NCBI GenBank assembly: GCA_965644295.1
Contig: CBFFRP010000097.1
Span: 188,486-252,485 of the forward strand
Direction: 5' to 3'
Source of the DNA: Paraphysomonas bandaiensis
Taxonomy: Eukaryota; Protista; Chrysophyceae
DNA: 64,000 nt
Under the pieces are notes generated by a model that saw only the letters and a program-made list of their open reading frames with translations, made no database searches and was not told the origin of the DNA. The first letter of the stretch is position 1. Every line of letters starts with the position of its first letter. Made by a program: the position numbers and the translations under genes. Shown piece by piece: positions 1 through 10,639 of this stretch.

Positions 1-1727
1 GTCAAGTTCTCCAGATGACATCGGCGCTGTCCAAAACAAAGTAACTGTAGAATTACATGAGTGTTGCTTCATATTGTGTAGTGTTTATTTGGAGCATGTA
101 GGATAAACTATATCTTAAAAACATTAAATTCTATATAACATAATATATCAAGTACCAGTACATGCCATTACGATTAACGGTTACTAGTTACCAGAATCTA
201 GTTAACTTGGGGGGATAGAACTATACTTGGATATTTAAAACAGGAGACCAAATTAATTACTTCTGAATTAAATGTAAAAATGAGCTATTTTAAACATTAC
301 TCTCGGGTTCAATGATTCAAGCTAGTGAAATACTAGTAGTGTATAATGTATAAGCAATAAACAGGAATTACGAATGAACTGTGATATAAATGTATAAATA
401 TTTTAATCTTGCAAAAGTATTATTCTCATATAATGGATATTTAATAGCAAATTATTAAGTACTGATGAGCTAAAAGGTAGTATCATATATATTATATACC
501 CTCCTAGCAATATCTCAATAGTTTGATACTCATACCAGGGCCTGTTAAAATAAAAGCCCATTAATGGGTGTCAAATTCCCCGCATATATAATTCGTCCCA
601 TATGTAATAATATCAGTATACGGACCCTAGAGGTATGATACGGTTTAATAGAATTTAACATCCATCAATAGAATTGACAGTACATAATCGGAAAATGGTA
701 CTGTAATATATTGTTCCCTAGCCCTGGTATATATTATATATACACAGAGATGCATTGCAGCTATTATATGAGTATCTGCCTCAGGCCTCCACATGACTGA
801 TGCATTCTTCACTGTCATACATAACAATAGAAAGGGAAATAGAAACAGAATGTATGTCTAAGGGAGGAGGATGTAGTGACTATTTTGATAAAGAGGAAAG
901 CATCAAAACAAGACGAAATAAAGGTGTTAATTTGCAGGCATTCATTGAATGAATAAACGCTGTCCGACCAGTAGGGCGTTTTATATCACTATGTATATTG
1001 AGGGACAGGAAGAGAAGCTCTCAGTGATGTCTCGCCATATCATAGTCATCTGCTTCCGAGCAATGCCCCACCAGTACTACACTTTGACTTGTAAGCACTA
1101 TCAGATATCATGAACACCCCCATGTGAACAAGAATCTCCTCTACACGCTGTGTACTAGTCTTAGAATAAGAGCTGAGGGTGGAGTGAGAGGGCACTAAGA
1201 CACCCCTCAATATTCTGTATGCTTCATCAAGTGGAAAGTATTTCAAGTTTATTTATAATGGATGAAGAACACTGTCTGCTCACTCACTGGGCGAGCCTGC
1301 TGTGGACATAATGGATACAGGAATCCTTCGTATAGGCCCGTATATGGTATATACAGCAGTACATGTACACCAGTACTATGTAGGCTCTCGACATCACTGT
1401 ACCATATACGTACCTATAGATCTATATCAAAGTACGATAAATCTGTTGCTGTACACCTCTGTAGAATATACGAGGGCGGAATGTATTCTATTCTGTATTT
1501 TACGGATGACGTTCTGCAGAACAGTGTGGACATTGAAGGCGACTACAGAAAGATGCACTCCGAGTGCCGCCACGTTTAGTCGAATTTTCTAAGAATGTGA
1601 GATCTAGTTTGATACTCTCCTCATCCAGATCATAATTATTTGCAATCTGAACGCAATAGAGTGAAGTTATTCAATACAAAGTGTACTCAACGAGCCTCAT
1701 AATCAAAGCGCATCTTAATAAGAAACG

Positions 1728-2021
1728 ATGGAAACTGTAAAGGATCACTACAACGCTGCAAAGGAGACTGTGTCCAATGCAGTCAACGAATACTCAGATA
1801 AGGTTGAGCAGCATAAGGACGAGAGGGAGAAGGAGGAGAGAGCCGAGGAGCTGAAGGACCAGAATCAGGAGTATATTGATAAGGCGAAGGATACTGCTCA
1901 GAGTGCTGCTGAGACAGCGCAAAAGACAGTCGATACGATTGCAGACACGGCCGCTAAGACAGCAGCATCTGCTGAAAAGGCTATGAATTCTGATAATGAT
2001 AAAGAACAGAGTGGGAAATAG
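1728..2021 (+). CDS. LEA-like hydrophilic helical protein
   Basis: 97-aa ORF with a clean ATG. Rich in A/K/E/T/D, lacks C/W/F, and has AKDTAQSAAETAQKT-type repeats typical of group 3 LEA proteins. Confidence 0.65.
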   Translation: METVKDHYNAAKETVSNAVNEYSDKVEQHKDEREKEERAEELKDQNQEYIDKAKDTAQSAAETAQKTVDTIADTAAKTAASAEKAMNSDNDKEQSGK

Positions 2022-3408
2022 AATAGTGTTGAAAATATATTCGTAATCGATTCCAAGCGATTAGTCATAGTATCAACTCCAGTTATCATTGAAGTATATA
2101 ACTTAAGTAACATGACGTTTTAATGACATGTACCAGTATCTAGAATTTGTTTATATTTTAGAATGTATGCTGCTGGATGTATTACTGTTGCTTGTTGCCT
2201 ACAATTACGTAATAGTTTTCCCTCCATTAGGTAAAGGCTAAAATGATTAGTATATGCTACAGGTTATTACAGTAATATCCGTGCCGAATATGACTAGCAT
2301 GAACTACACGAATTTATTCGATCTTATCAACAATTGCTCTGTCATTGATGTGTAAAGTGTGTCACCCCATCAATATAGAACTCACTGTATGCACCTTGCT
2401 TGCTTCCAATAAGTAAGCTGAGTTGTACATACTACTGAATATGTTGTACGGATTTCAGAATAAGTTGTTTTATGCCTTTGTACCATAAATATATACTATT
2501 TACATAATCACAATGATTTATTTACTGTGCGCAATACTACTACGCACGAATGTGGTACTTTGTACTTTATTTACTGCTCTTATTGTACTGTAGCTATTCA
2601 TTTTATCTATTGCCTACTAATTTAATCACGATGACACAATCGTGCATTTAGCTTTATTAATCACGCAGCCACTTGCATTACGATGGAAGTGTTGAGTTTT
2701 GCTGTTTAAGCAATTAAAATCTGTAATTCTAAGGTGTTGGAATTATGACCGTTAGTCGAAGAATACAGTAGTGATGAGCTGTATTATGAGAAGTGATATC
2801 ATGACGATGTAAAATCGTACTAGAAATGAGTGGTAGTAGAGATAACGTGATATATCGCTTATTATATTTATTATAATCTTATCTTATCTTAACTTGATTT
2901 AATGAGTGAATACTCGTCCAGTTAACTTAGTAAATCATCCAATTGTGTCATATCTTGACAGGAAGGGCCAAGTGGTGACTAGCAGCTACGGCCAGGGCTG
3001 CGTAAAAATTAATTGAATTGTTATCGTGCTTGTAATGAGTAACTAAGTTAATTCGACAATAATTGTCACAATTAAGTTGCAGTTTATAATTGCGCGAGCA
3101 CAATTCCATAACGGAATGTCAGCAAGGTACACACAACTAATAATAATTTGATGTATTTATAAGTATATTTTTACTTCATCTATGAAATAATTTTAAAAAA
3201 TTACTTCACCAGGCAAGTTTAATCACGTTTATATTTCAGCACGACAGACTTCCTAGTACACAGAAATAAACATAGGGCCCGATCTATTTTTTTTAGAAAA
3301 ATGTAGTATCTTCCTTCCTTATAGTGCAGTTAGAGGCACCTCATACCGCATTCATTAATAGGGAAATCTTGAATGGCAGCGCCAGTACATTTTGCAGCAC
3401 CTCTTCGT

Positions 3409-4680
3409 CTAGTGCTTTCTCTTCCGAGTACTTTTCTTGTGGTCATCCCACTCCTTTTTCATAGTTTTCTTAAACTCAACGAAGTCCATATCGGAGGCCG
3501 GGTAGAAGTGACCCACAACCTTGTTAGCTGTATCCAGGTAGTCGAAGTACTCGTAATGCTGCTTATCTGTACCATCATACTGGTAGCACTGGATAGTAAT
3601 GCAGCTGCGAGACTTGTCGTTGTTCACCAATTGGTGCGTCTGATTGAGGTCAGGCGACAGGTAGGTAACCTCGCCCTCTGTGAATTCGGTAATAGCGAAG
3701 GGTGTGTCGTGCGCGAAGGAGAGCATCGAGAAGAGTTTGACAGTGATGGTTCCGTGCAGCACGCGGATGATAGCGTTGGCGTCACTGTGGTTGTGGATCG
3801 GCGAGTAGTGCCCCACAGGCCAGATCTCCATCACATACGGAACTCCAGGGGAGTTGCCCATGTTCTGGCCGAGGGTGATGCGGAGGTAGGTACCCAGCGG
3901 GTCGGGGGCGCCAAACTCCGACTCCTTCCGCCGCAGTTCCTCATAGCACCACATCGTCGGCGTCTTGATGCTCCGCTCGACGGCCTCTGTGAACTCGGGG
4001 AAGTCATCCGTGTTCAACACAAATTTCTCGCCAGACACATTGCCATAGAGTTGCTGGCAGGCTGGGTTGAGGCCGGCGGGTACAGTTACAGCCGCAGTCG
4101 CTGCATCATCCATAGACATTGCATCAGAAGGCACAATGCGCACTGGAGGCTCGATGACCACTGGGTCTCGGAACACGATTAACGATTGCACATCCTGGTT
4201 TACTTCTATGTGTTTGAGGTGGCCCACCCATGACTGGAGAGGATCTCCAGGAACATCGGCCTTGATACTGGACCTCGCCAACTCAGTACCAATTCGCATT
4301 TCACCCTTTCCGTAACGAATATACTTGCCCGCTGAATCCAAACTAAACCAATACGCAGTGTTTAGATCCATATCAATACCCACTTCAGTGTCACAATATG
4401 TTAAATCCAGCTGCGAACGGATCCCATGAACATATTTCCACATACGAACTGTTCCCCAAAGAATTTCGATTTCGTAACTATCACTCAGCAATGATTCATC
4501 ACTCGTTTCTTGGCGAAATTTAACACAGAATTCATTGTATTTCTTCAGTTTGATTGCAACTGTACCCTGTCCATGAACTGGAAATAATCCACTGGAGTGC
4601 AAATGAGAATGACGACACTCTGCCTGTCTCAGAGCAACAAATTTTCTCTTATGCTCAATACTTCTTTGCATGAGAAACAA
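3409..4680 (-). CDS. Cysteine dioxygenase-like cupin with N-terminal extra domain
   Basis: Motifs YLRITLG, EIWPVGHYSPIHNH (HxH), THQLVN (third His) and CITIQCY align with the CDO_I pattern. The 5' end is uncertain, with a probable intron near 4665-4738. Confidence 0.8.
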   Translation of the reverse strand: MFLMQRSIEHKRKFVALRQAECRHSHLHSSGLFPVHGQGTVAIKLKKYNEFCVKFRQETSDESLLSDSYEIEILWGTVRMWKYVHGIRSQLDLTYCDTEVGIDMDLNTAYWFSLDSAGKYIRYGKGEMRIGTELARSSIKADVPGDPLQSWVGHLKHIEVNQDVQSLIVFRDPVVIEPPVRIVPSDAMSMDDAATAAVTVPAGLNPACQQLYGNVSGEKFVLNTDDFPEFTEAVERSIKTPTMWCYEELRRKESEFGAPDPLGTYLRITLGQNMGNSPGVPYVMEIWPVGHYSPIHNHSDANAIIRVLHGTITVKLFSMLSFAHDTPFAITEFTEGEVTYLSPDLNQTHQLVNNDKSRSCITIQCYQYDGTDKQHYEYFDYLDTANKVVGHFYPASDMDFVEFKKTMKKEWDDHKKSTRKRKH

Positions 4681-5061
4681 TAATCAGTAATTAACAAGAA
4701 AATTGCAACAAAATGTGATCAAATAATTGCAACAATACCTCCTGCTGAATTGTGAGAGCGACTGGAAGATACACTGCTGTGCTGGAGTGTGTATGTGCAG
4801 GTCTTACAAGATTTTCTAGCTACTAAAAATTGTGTGATGGATGTTGAAGTTATCATCCACCAAACTGAAAAATCTTGTCATTTTCTCTGTATACTGCTGT
4901 ACTCCGCTCTTTTTTTCAGCCCATTGCACAACTGTGTACAGCAGTATCTAGAAACACCTCCACATGAATGATTGTATAGTGTGTGTGTTGTACACAGCAT
5001 ACAGCAGTGTATCTTATGAAGGAAATGCAGAAACCCTCAGTATAATCCAGGTGACCCCTAT

Positions 5062-5207
5062 ATGCACCGCTTGCTGGTTTTATCTCTACTTTCCTTACCT
5101 CGAAATAGTCTCGCATCTTCTCACGGAGGGTTCATTGCTAAAGCTATGAGTTCTTATCCAGTATTGTGCGATGAGAGTGTCATGTCTCCGGTATACAACA
5201 CACGCAT

Positions 5208-5243
<36 letters not shown>

Positions 5244-6085
5244 CAGGACATTTCCTTACATATGATTATGTATGTATGCGACTATAATATTCTAGTGTAT
5301 AACCACACACCGTATCATAGTATATGACTCGTACCTTACATATGAATACGGTACTATGTTTAACGCAGAGCCTGCAGTGATTGTGTTATTATAATATTTA
5401 TGAGTAAAAACGACTCATTTGTGTTTGTGTATTGTAGAAAGCTCATGGCACATGCCCCCGACCGGTGATGGACAATTTAAAGTGGGGGTGTGATTTTAAG
5501 ACGGCCGATAACATATGTTGCTTTAACCGTCACTACGCGGAGCACTCTGGTTACTTTGAATCCAAGACGTCATTTCTCTCGGAAGTCGACAGGAATGAGG
5601 AAACGACGTACTATGATTCAGTCACAGGGAAACCTCTATTCATTGCGCCCCGCGGGAGGAACTTCGATCAATTTCTTCAGGTTGTGGTACACGATGCATC
5701 ACATATATTTATCATCGTTGCTTGTATAGGAATCACGGGCTCACGGGTGGCCAAGTTTTCGGGATGAAGAAGTAAGTTTTTTAGATACTATGATAGGATT
5801 ACAACTGTTTTCTGCGATTTCGTTGGTGCAGTCCTTGAAATAATATACGGAATTATGTTTATGTTTTAGGTCGTTTGGGAAAACGTAAGGTGTTTGCCGA
5901 ATGGCGAAGCTGTTAGTGTCGATGGCACACACCTTGGACACAACCTACCAGATGGAAAAGGAAACAGGTTAAGTTTCTCAATGCCGTACTGTAGTCGTTG
6001 ATTCTTATGAAATTTTGCGTATAGGTATTGTATTAACTTGGTTTCTGTGGCCGGCCGACCGGAAGGAGCACATGACGAAACCTAA
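5062..6085 (+). CDS. msrB: Methionine-R-sulfoxide reductase MsrB-like (SelR domain), 5 exons
   Basis: Spliced exons 5062-5190, 5438-5680, 5730-5771, 5870-5967 and 6025-6085 give GWPSF, THLGH and RYCIN motifs. All introns are GT-AG. There is an N-terminal targeting-like peptide. Confidence 0.85.
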
Positions 6086-6674
6086 TGGCTACAGATGCTA
6101 TTTGAAGGGTTATGTGACCTATTTTCCCACGTAGATTGGACTTGTGTATGCGTGAGCTCCAAGTTATATACAATTCGTACGTATTACGATAATAATAATT
6201 TTGACATGGTTGGGTACTTATCGCAATGATACGCAGTCCTATATGTATGATATCTTAGTATAGAGTAAAGGCATATTCGTGTCCACGGTGTAGATAGAGT
6301 GTAGTCTGTGACATTTTACAGATTGAAGTGTAAGTCATTAATGTTAAGACCTCTGACAAAACAAGTTAATAACTTGTGGCTTGTTAGTGCGGCCTTGCAA
6401 TGATATTGAATTTCAGTTAGCATGCGCCTACTACGAATATCTGCTACTACTACTACTACTACTACTACTACACACGAAAGCAGTACAGAGTAATAAGTAA
6501 AGTACTTGTAGGTTACAGCTAGTTCGAGTATGTCTCATCACAAAACATCGTTACGTTTATACATACGAAATAAAGGATTTAGAATAAAATTAAGTAAAGT
6601 AATGAAATAGTGATTCCCTTGTATAGAATATTGAAAATATATTTATACGACTACTACCAATATACTTAAAATAT

Positions 6675-8542
6675 TCAAATTTTCGATAAGAATTCAGTTT
6701 GATAAATTAACTTGTGTAATGTCCTCATCATCTCCGCACTAACTATATAGTGAAACGAAACGCTCCTACTGGAGCAGCACTCCAGACCACGCTTCATCGA
6801 ACGAGTCATTCGTCGAAACCATTCGTGCGAAGCATCGTATTCGTCTTGTGGCGGCAGCGGATGAAATATCTCACGATTATCGTAAGTACTTGTAGTAGAT
6901 ATAGGATACACCCCGAACTATTAACAGAAAAAAATAAGTAAAATTGCCTTCTGTAAGTACACACTGCTTCACCTGGGATAAGCACGATGCAACTAAAACG
7001 TCTTCTTGGTTGCAGTAGAGGCTCGGCATACATACATCACCACTGTCTTCACTATTTACCACTAGTGCATCGTGCAATGTAGCTACCGCCGGTCTATTTA
7101 GTACATATCCTGCCCCACCAGAATTAAATCTTATGAACGAGTTGAGCTTGAGCTCCCTGCCAATGTAAACTGGAGTTGAGCCGTTGGGCCCTAATAAAGC
7201 ACACAATATTAGTAAAAAACAAATCCGCAGTACTATACCAACCTGAGGCCCTACGGATATAATCAGAAGCAAGGAAATCTCTCAGGTTTTCAACAACCAC
7301 AAACATATCATCTCCTCCAAGCAGAAAGAAGTCATACTCATCGATGAGTCGAGAAGATGCCACCACAGACCATATCAATTGAGTTTTTTGCCACATTCGG
7401 CTTGAACTTTCAGTCCACTGATCCATCTTCTGTGGACTCACTCCCAACGCGCTGATTGATATATCGGTTTCTTCAGTAAACGCCAAGTATCCGTCACATC
7501 TTCTGCCCCACGTTTCTCGTATTGCTTGTATTCGTTCTCGACGAGAGAGTAGAGTGTAAGTCATACAAAGAATACGAGGGCCCACGTCGTTATTATTTGA
7601 CAAAACCTCAAGGTTGGCTATCACTTCGAGACCATTTTCCCCAAAGAGTTCTCGTGCAAATGGAAGAGAAATAGGAGATTCATCAGTGGTGAATGTTTCC
7701 TTGGAGAGTCCACTTGCAACATCTGAAATCATATTCATAACTGTTTCCGTCATATTATTAGGATAAACCCGGCGCCATACACACTTAGATCTCTCTTCAC
7801 ATGATATACCTCTCCCGTCATCTATTCCCTGTTCACAAAACGTACAAACAGATGGTTTAAACTTATGTGTTCTATCATGTCGATAATAACCAATGTTATT
7901 TAGCACTTGTAAGAGGGAACAGTGTCTCATCGTTTCATCAGGGTCGTCCCATCGAACATTCGGAAAATTTGACTGAAATATATTACGAGAAAAGTTTACA
8001 ACTAGTGGCGGATAAGGTACTATTTCTAGTACATGTTGAAATACTTTCCAGGATGGGTTGGTCAAGTTACTACCGATAAATACGATATCAGCAGCAGTGA
8101 TTTGTTCCACTGCAACATCAACCCCATTCAATACTGTAGAATTTTGCATAAGCATTGCAGCTCTTGCAGATATTGTGGAATTAATGACGGATATAGTCTT
8201 CATTATCTTTATTCCCAAATCATCATACTCTTCACCCCCACCGCTATCATCTTCACTCATAAACAGAGATGGAGTCGTTAAGATGGGCAACTGAAACTCA
8301 TTTATGTATTCACATGACTTGTTTACAATCAACGGATCACCTGTCAGGAATACAAACGAGCTGCTGCCAGCACATGGACTGCATGCAAACCTCTGCAGAT
8401 ACGATATATCAGAGGCTGGAATGAAGGGGTGCACCACTAAGATGTTTAATGGGCGAGAGAGGGCGTTAACGCAACATAAGAGCAGGAGGATGAGTCTCAG
8501 ATGAGAGTACGAGACACCGGTACGATTAGAACACCCCTCCAT
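6675..8542 (-). CDS. GT31 glycosyltransferase (core-1 beta-1,3-galactosyltransferase/Fringe-like), multi-exon
   Basis: Motifs ILCMTYT, AIRETWGRRCD, YDFFLLGGDDMFVVVENLRDFL, FNSGGAGYVL, EDVLVASCL and CCS..VSFHY across three ORF segments. Hydrophobic N-terminal signal. Confidence 0.85.
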
Positions 8543-8837
8543 CGACACGATCTTCCACTCTCGTTTGCACAATTCACCAGGTAACAGTTAAGGAGTGAAC
8601 CACTACACTGAATACATAGTAGTATGTACATGTAGTATGTATGTAGGTACTGTGGGTAGGTACTCCATGGTACTGTACTGATATATGGAGGTAGGTACTC
8701 CTGTAGGTACGTACTTGTGGTATATAGATCGGTCGGTATACAGGTACTGCACTGCATGTGCATGGTGTAGAATATGTGGATATGGTCAAACATCATCATG
8801 ATCTTATTCTCACACATCCATCACTTCATAACTAAAC

Positions 8838-9614
8838 ATGTCAACACCATGCAAATTTTTCCTCGCTGGTAAATGTACCAGAGGCGATAATTGTCGTTTC
8901 CTTCATGAGAAGGGTCCGTCATCGTCATCCCCATCAGTGTCTCCTGTCATAATTAATGTCCCCCCCGGGGCCCGTGTATACAGTATAGATGTAGAGTGTG
9001 CTGCTACATCGACCGGACATAATGGAAGATCTGTTTGTTCGATAGGTATGGTAGGGCCGATGGGAGAGCCTATTGCGAATATATTAGTCAAGTCAGATGA
9101 TGTGGTGTCGTATCTGACCCCTCTAACTGGCGTTACATCTGAAGCTGTGCAGCAGTTTGGAGTATCTTTTAATGATGCCGTCGCACAAGTTCGATCATTT
9201 CTAGGGCCGAATGTCATATTAGTAGGACAGAATATATTGAAAGATGTCCAGTGGCTAGGGCTGCAAGAAGGAGTGGATTACGCATCCTTGATTGACCTCG
9301 TTGCTCTTTTTCGAGTGTGGAACATTAAACGAAACGCATGGACAAACTTTTCTCAAGACCATGTTGCCCGCGTATGGTTAGGTATTGGTGATCGAGCTTC
9401 TCATAATGCACTTGAAGATGCGGGTATCTCGATGGCACTTTTTAACTGTTATTATAGTGTTCAACATGACCCTCATAGACTCCAAGAAATGCAAATGGTT
9501 ACTTTGAATACTCCAATTCAGCCAAGTTATGCCTCACGAAATGGCTCTATAGATGGTTGTTGTTTAGGTCATCGGAAAACCTGTACATGTGATGATGCTT
9601 TTTACATATCTTGA
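8838..9614 (+). CDS. CCCH zinc finger + DEDDh 3'-5' RNA exonuclease (REX-like)
   Basis: N-terminal CKFFLAGKCTRGDNCRFLH, ExoI SIDVEC, ExoII LVGQNILKD and ExoIII HNALEDA. Confidence 0.88.
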   Translation: MSTPCKFFLAGKCTRGDNCRFLHEKGPSSSSPSVSPVIINVPPGARVYSIDVECAATSTGHNGRSVCSIGMVGPMGEPIANILVKSDDVVSYLTPLTGVTSEAVQQFGVSFNDAVAQVRSFLGPNVILVGQNILKDVQWLGLQEGVDYASLIDLVALFRVWNIKRNAWTNFSQDHVARVWLGIGDRASHNALEDAGISMALFNCYYSVQHDPHRLQEMQMVTLNTPIQPSYASRNGSIDGCCLGHRKTCTCDDAFYIS

Positions 9615-10074
9615 ATCTATATTGCCGAGATAACTTATCTGACCTTACGTGGACGGGTACCGCCCTATCAGTATATTTATGTTTGAATACTTGGCGTAGT
9701 TTACAACAATTAATGTTTCCGTATGGTACAATATACAAAATAATGTTGTGATATAGTATAAATGATAAGAAACTGAGATATCATATTTGTACATAAAACT
9801 GGAGAGCTATTAGGATTATAATTTGAAAAGCGAAAGCGTTACTTCTTAAGTCAAAATGAACTTGATTATATTTATATCTTAACTCTTATTTGAACAAGAT
9901 CTAGCCTTAAACCAACAACACATAGGATGAGGCAATGGGTTTGCTCTCCACCAGCAAAACTCAACATGTTCGCGCAATTATATACGCATTATTTGCAAGC
10001 AGAACGGTCGCACACAAGGAATCCGGGATGTACTACGCATTATCCTATCATAGCTACTTATCGAGCCATTACTA

Positions 10075-10258
10075 GGAGACGTTTTTCGAAAAAGCGGACC
10101 AATCCGGTCCCACTTATGTTTTTGTGTTGTTTGTTTTCGTATGGAACAAAGCAGAACAGAGTGCAGAGCTTTGAAATGACAACATTTTTTTAGGACGAGT
10201 GGGACCATCAACGATCCGACAAGTGGAGGGCTGGTCCACTTTGTCAAAAAATGTCTCC
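10075..10258. mobile_element. MITE (~185 bp) with ~27-bp imperfect TIRs
   Basis: Left end GGAGACGTTTTTCGAAAAAGCGGACCA matches the reverse complement of the right end, GGAGACATTTTTTGACAAAGTGGACCA. Flanked by TA (CTAG context) on both sides, with an internal GGTCCCACT/AGTGGGACC inverted pair. Confidence 0.75.
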
Positions 10259-10639
10259 TAGGAGCTTCTAATTAATTAAAAACGTCCCGGCAATTATAAT
10301 GGCATTACCATTAATGGTTACCTGGCCCTGCTAGGAAGATCATATATATTTATGAATAACTATAAATTATACTTATAATTATGTGTTAAAAATGTTTCAT
10401 TGCAGCAAAAATTTGTTAACCAGAAGAGTTACTAAAGTACACAGAAAGAGTTCAAATTATTATTATTCTCGATTGAAACACAGTATTTTTCCGGGACGAA
10501 ACAGTGGATGCATAATAAATGTATGATATCCAACACTACTGCACTGGATAGTACACTCATCATCCCAAATATAACTTCGGTATCCGTTTTCTGGAGATTG
10601 TCACCCTAAAAAGTAACTTCCATATCCAGCCTCAAAATT

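Noticed and set aside
533-730. 10-bp inverted repeat ATACCAGGGC/GCCCTGGTAT as a hAT-like MITE
   Set aside because: Too short, with no target-site duplication.
1046-1592. Short ORFs upstream of the LEA-like gene
   Set aside because: No motif or consistent splice model found.
3373-4182. 269-aa plus-strand ORF
   Set aside because: Antisense shadow of the GC-rich CDO-like coding region, with no recognisable motifs.
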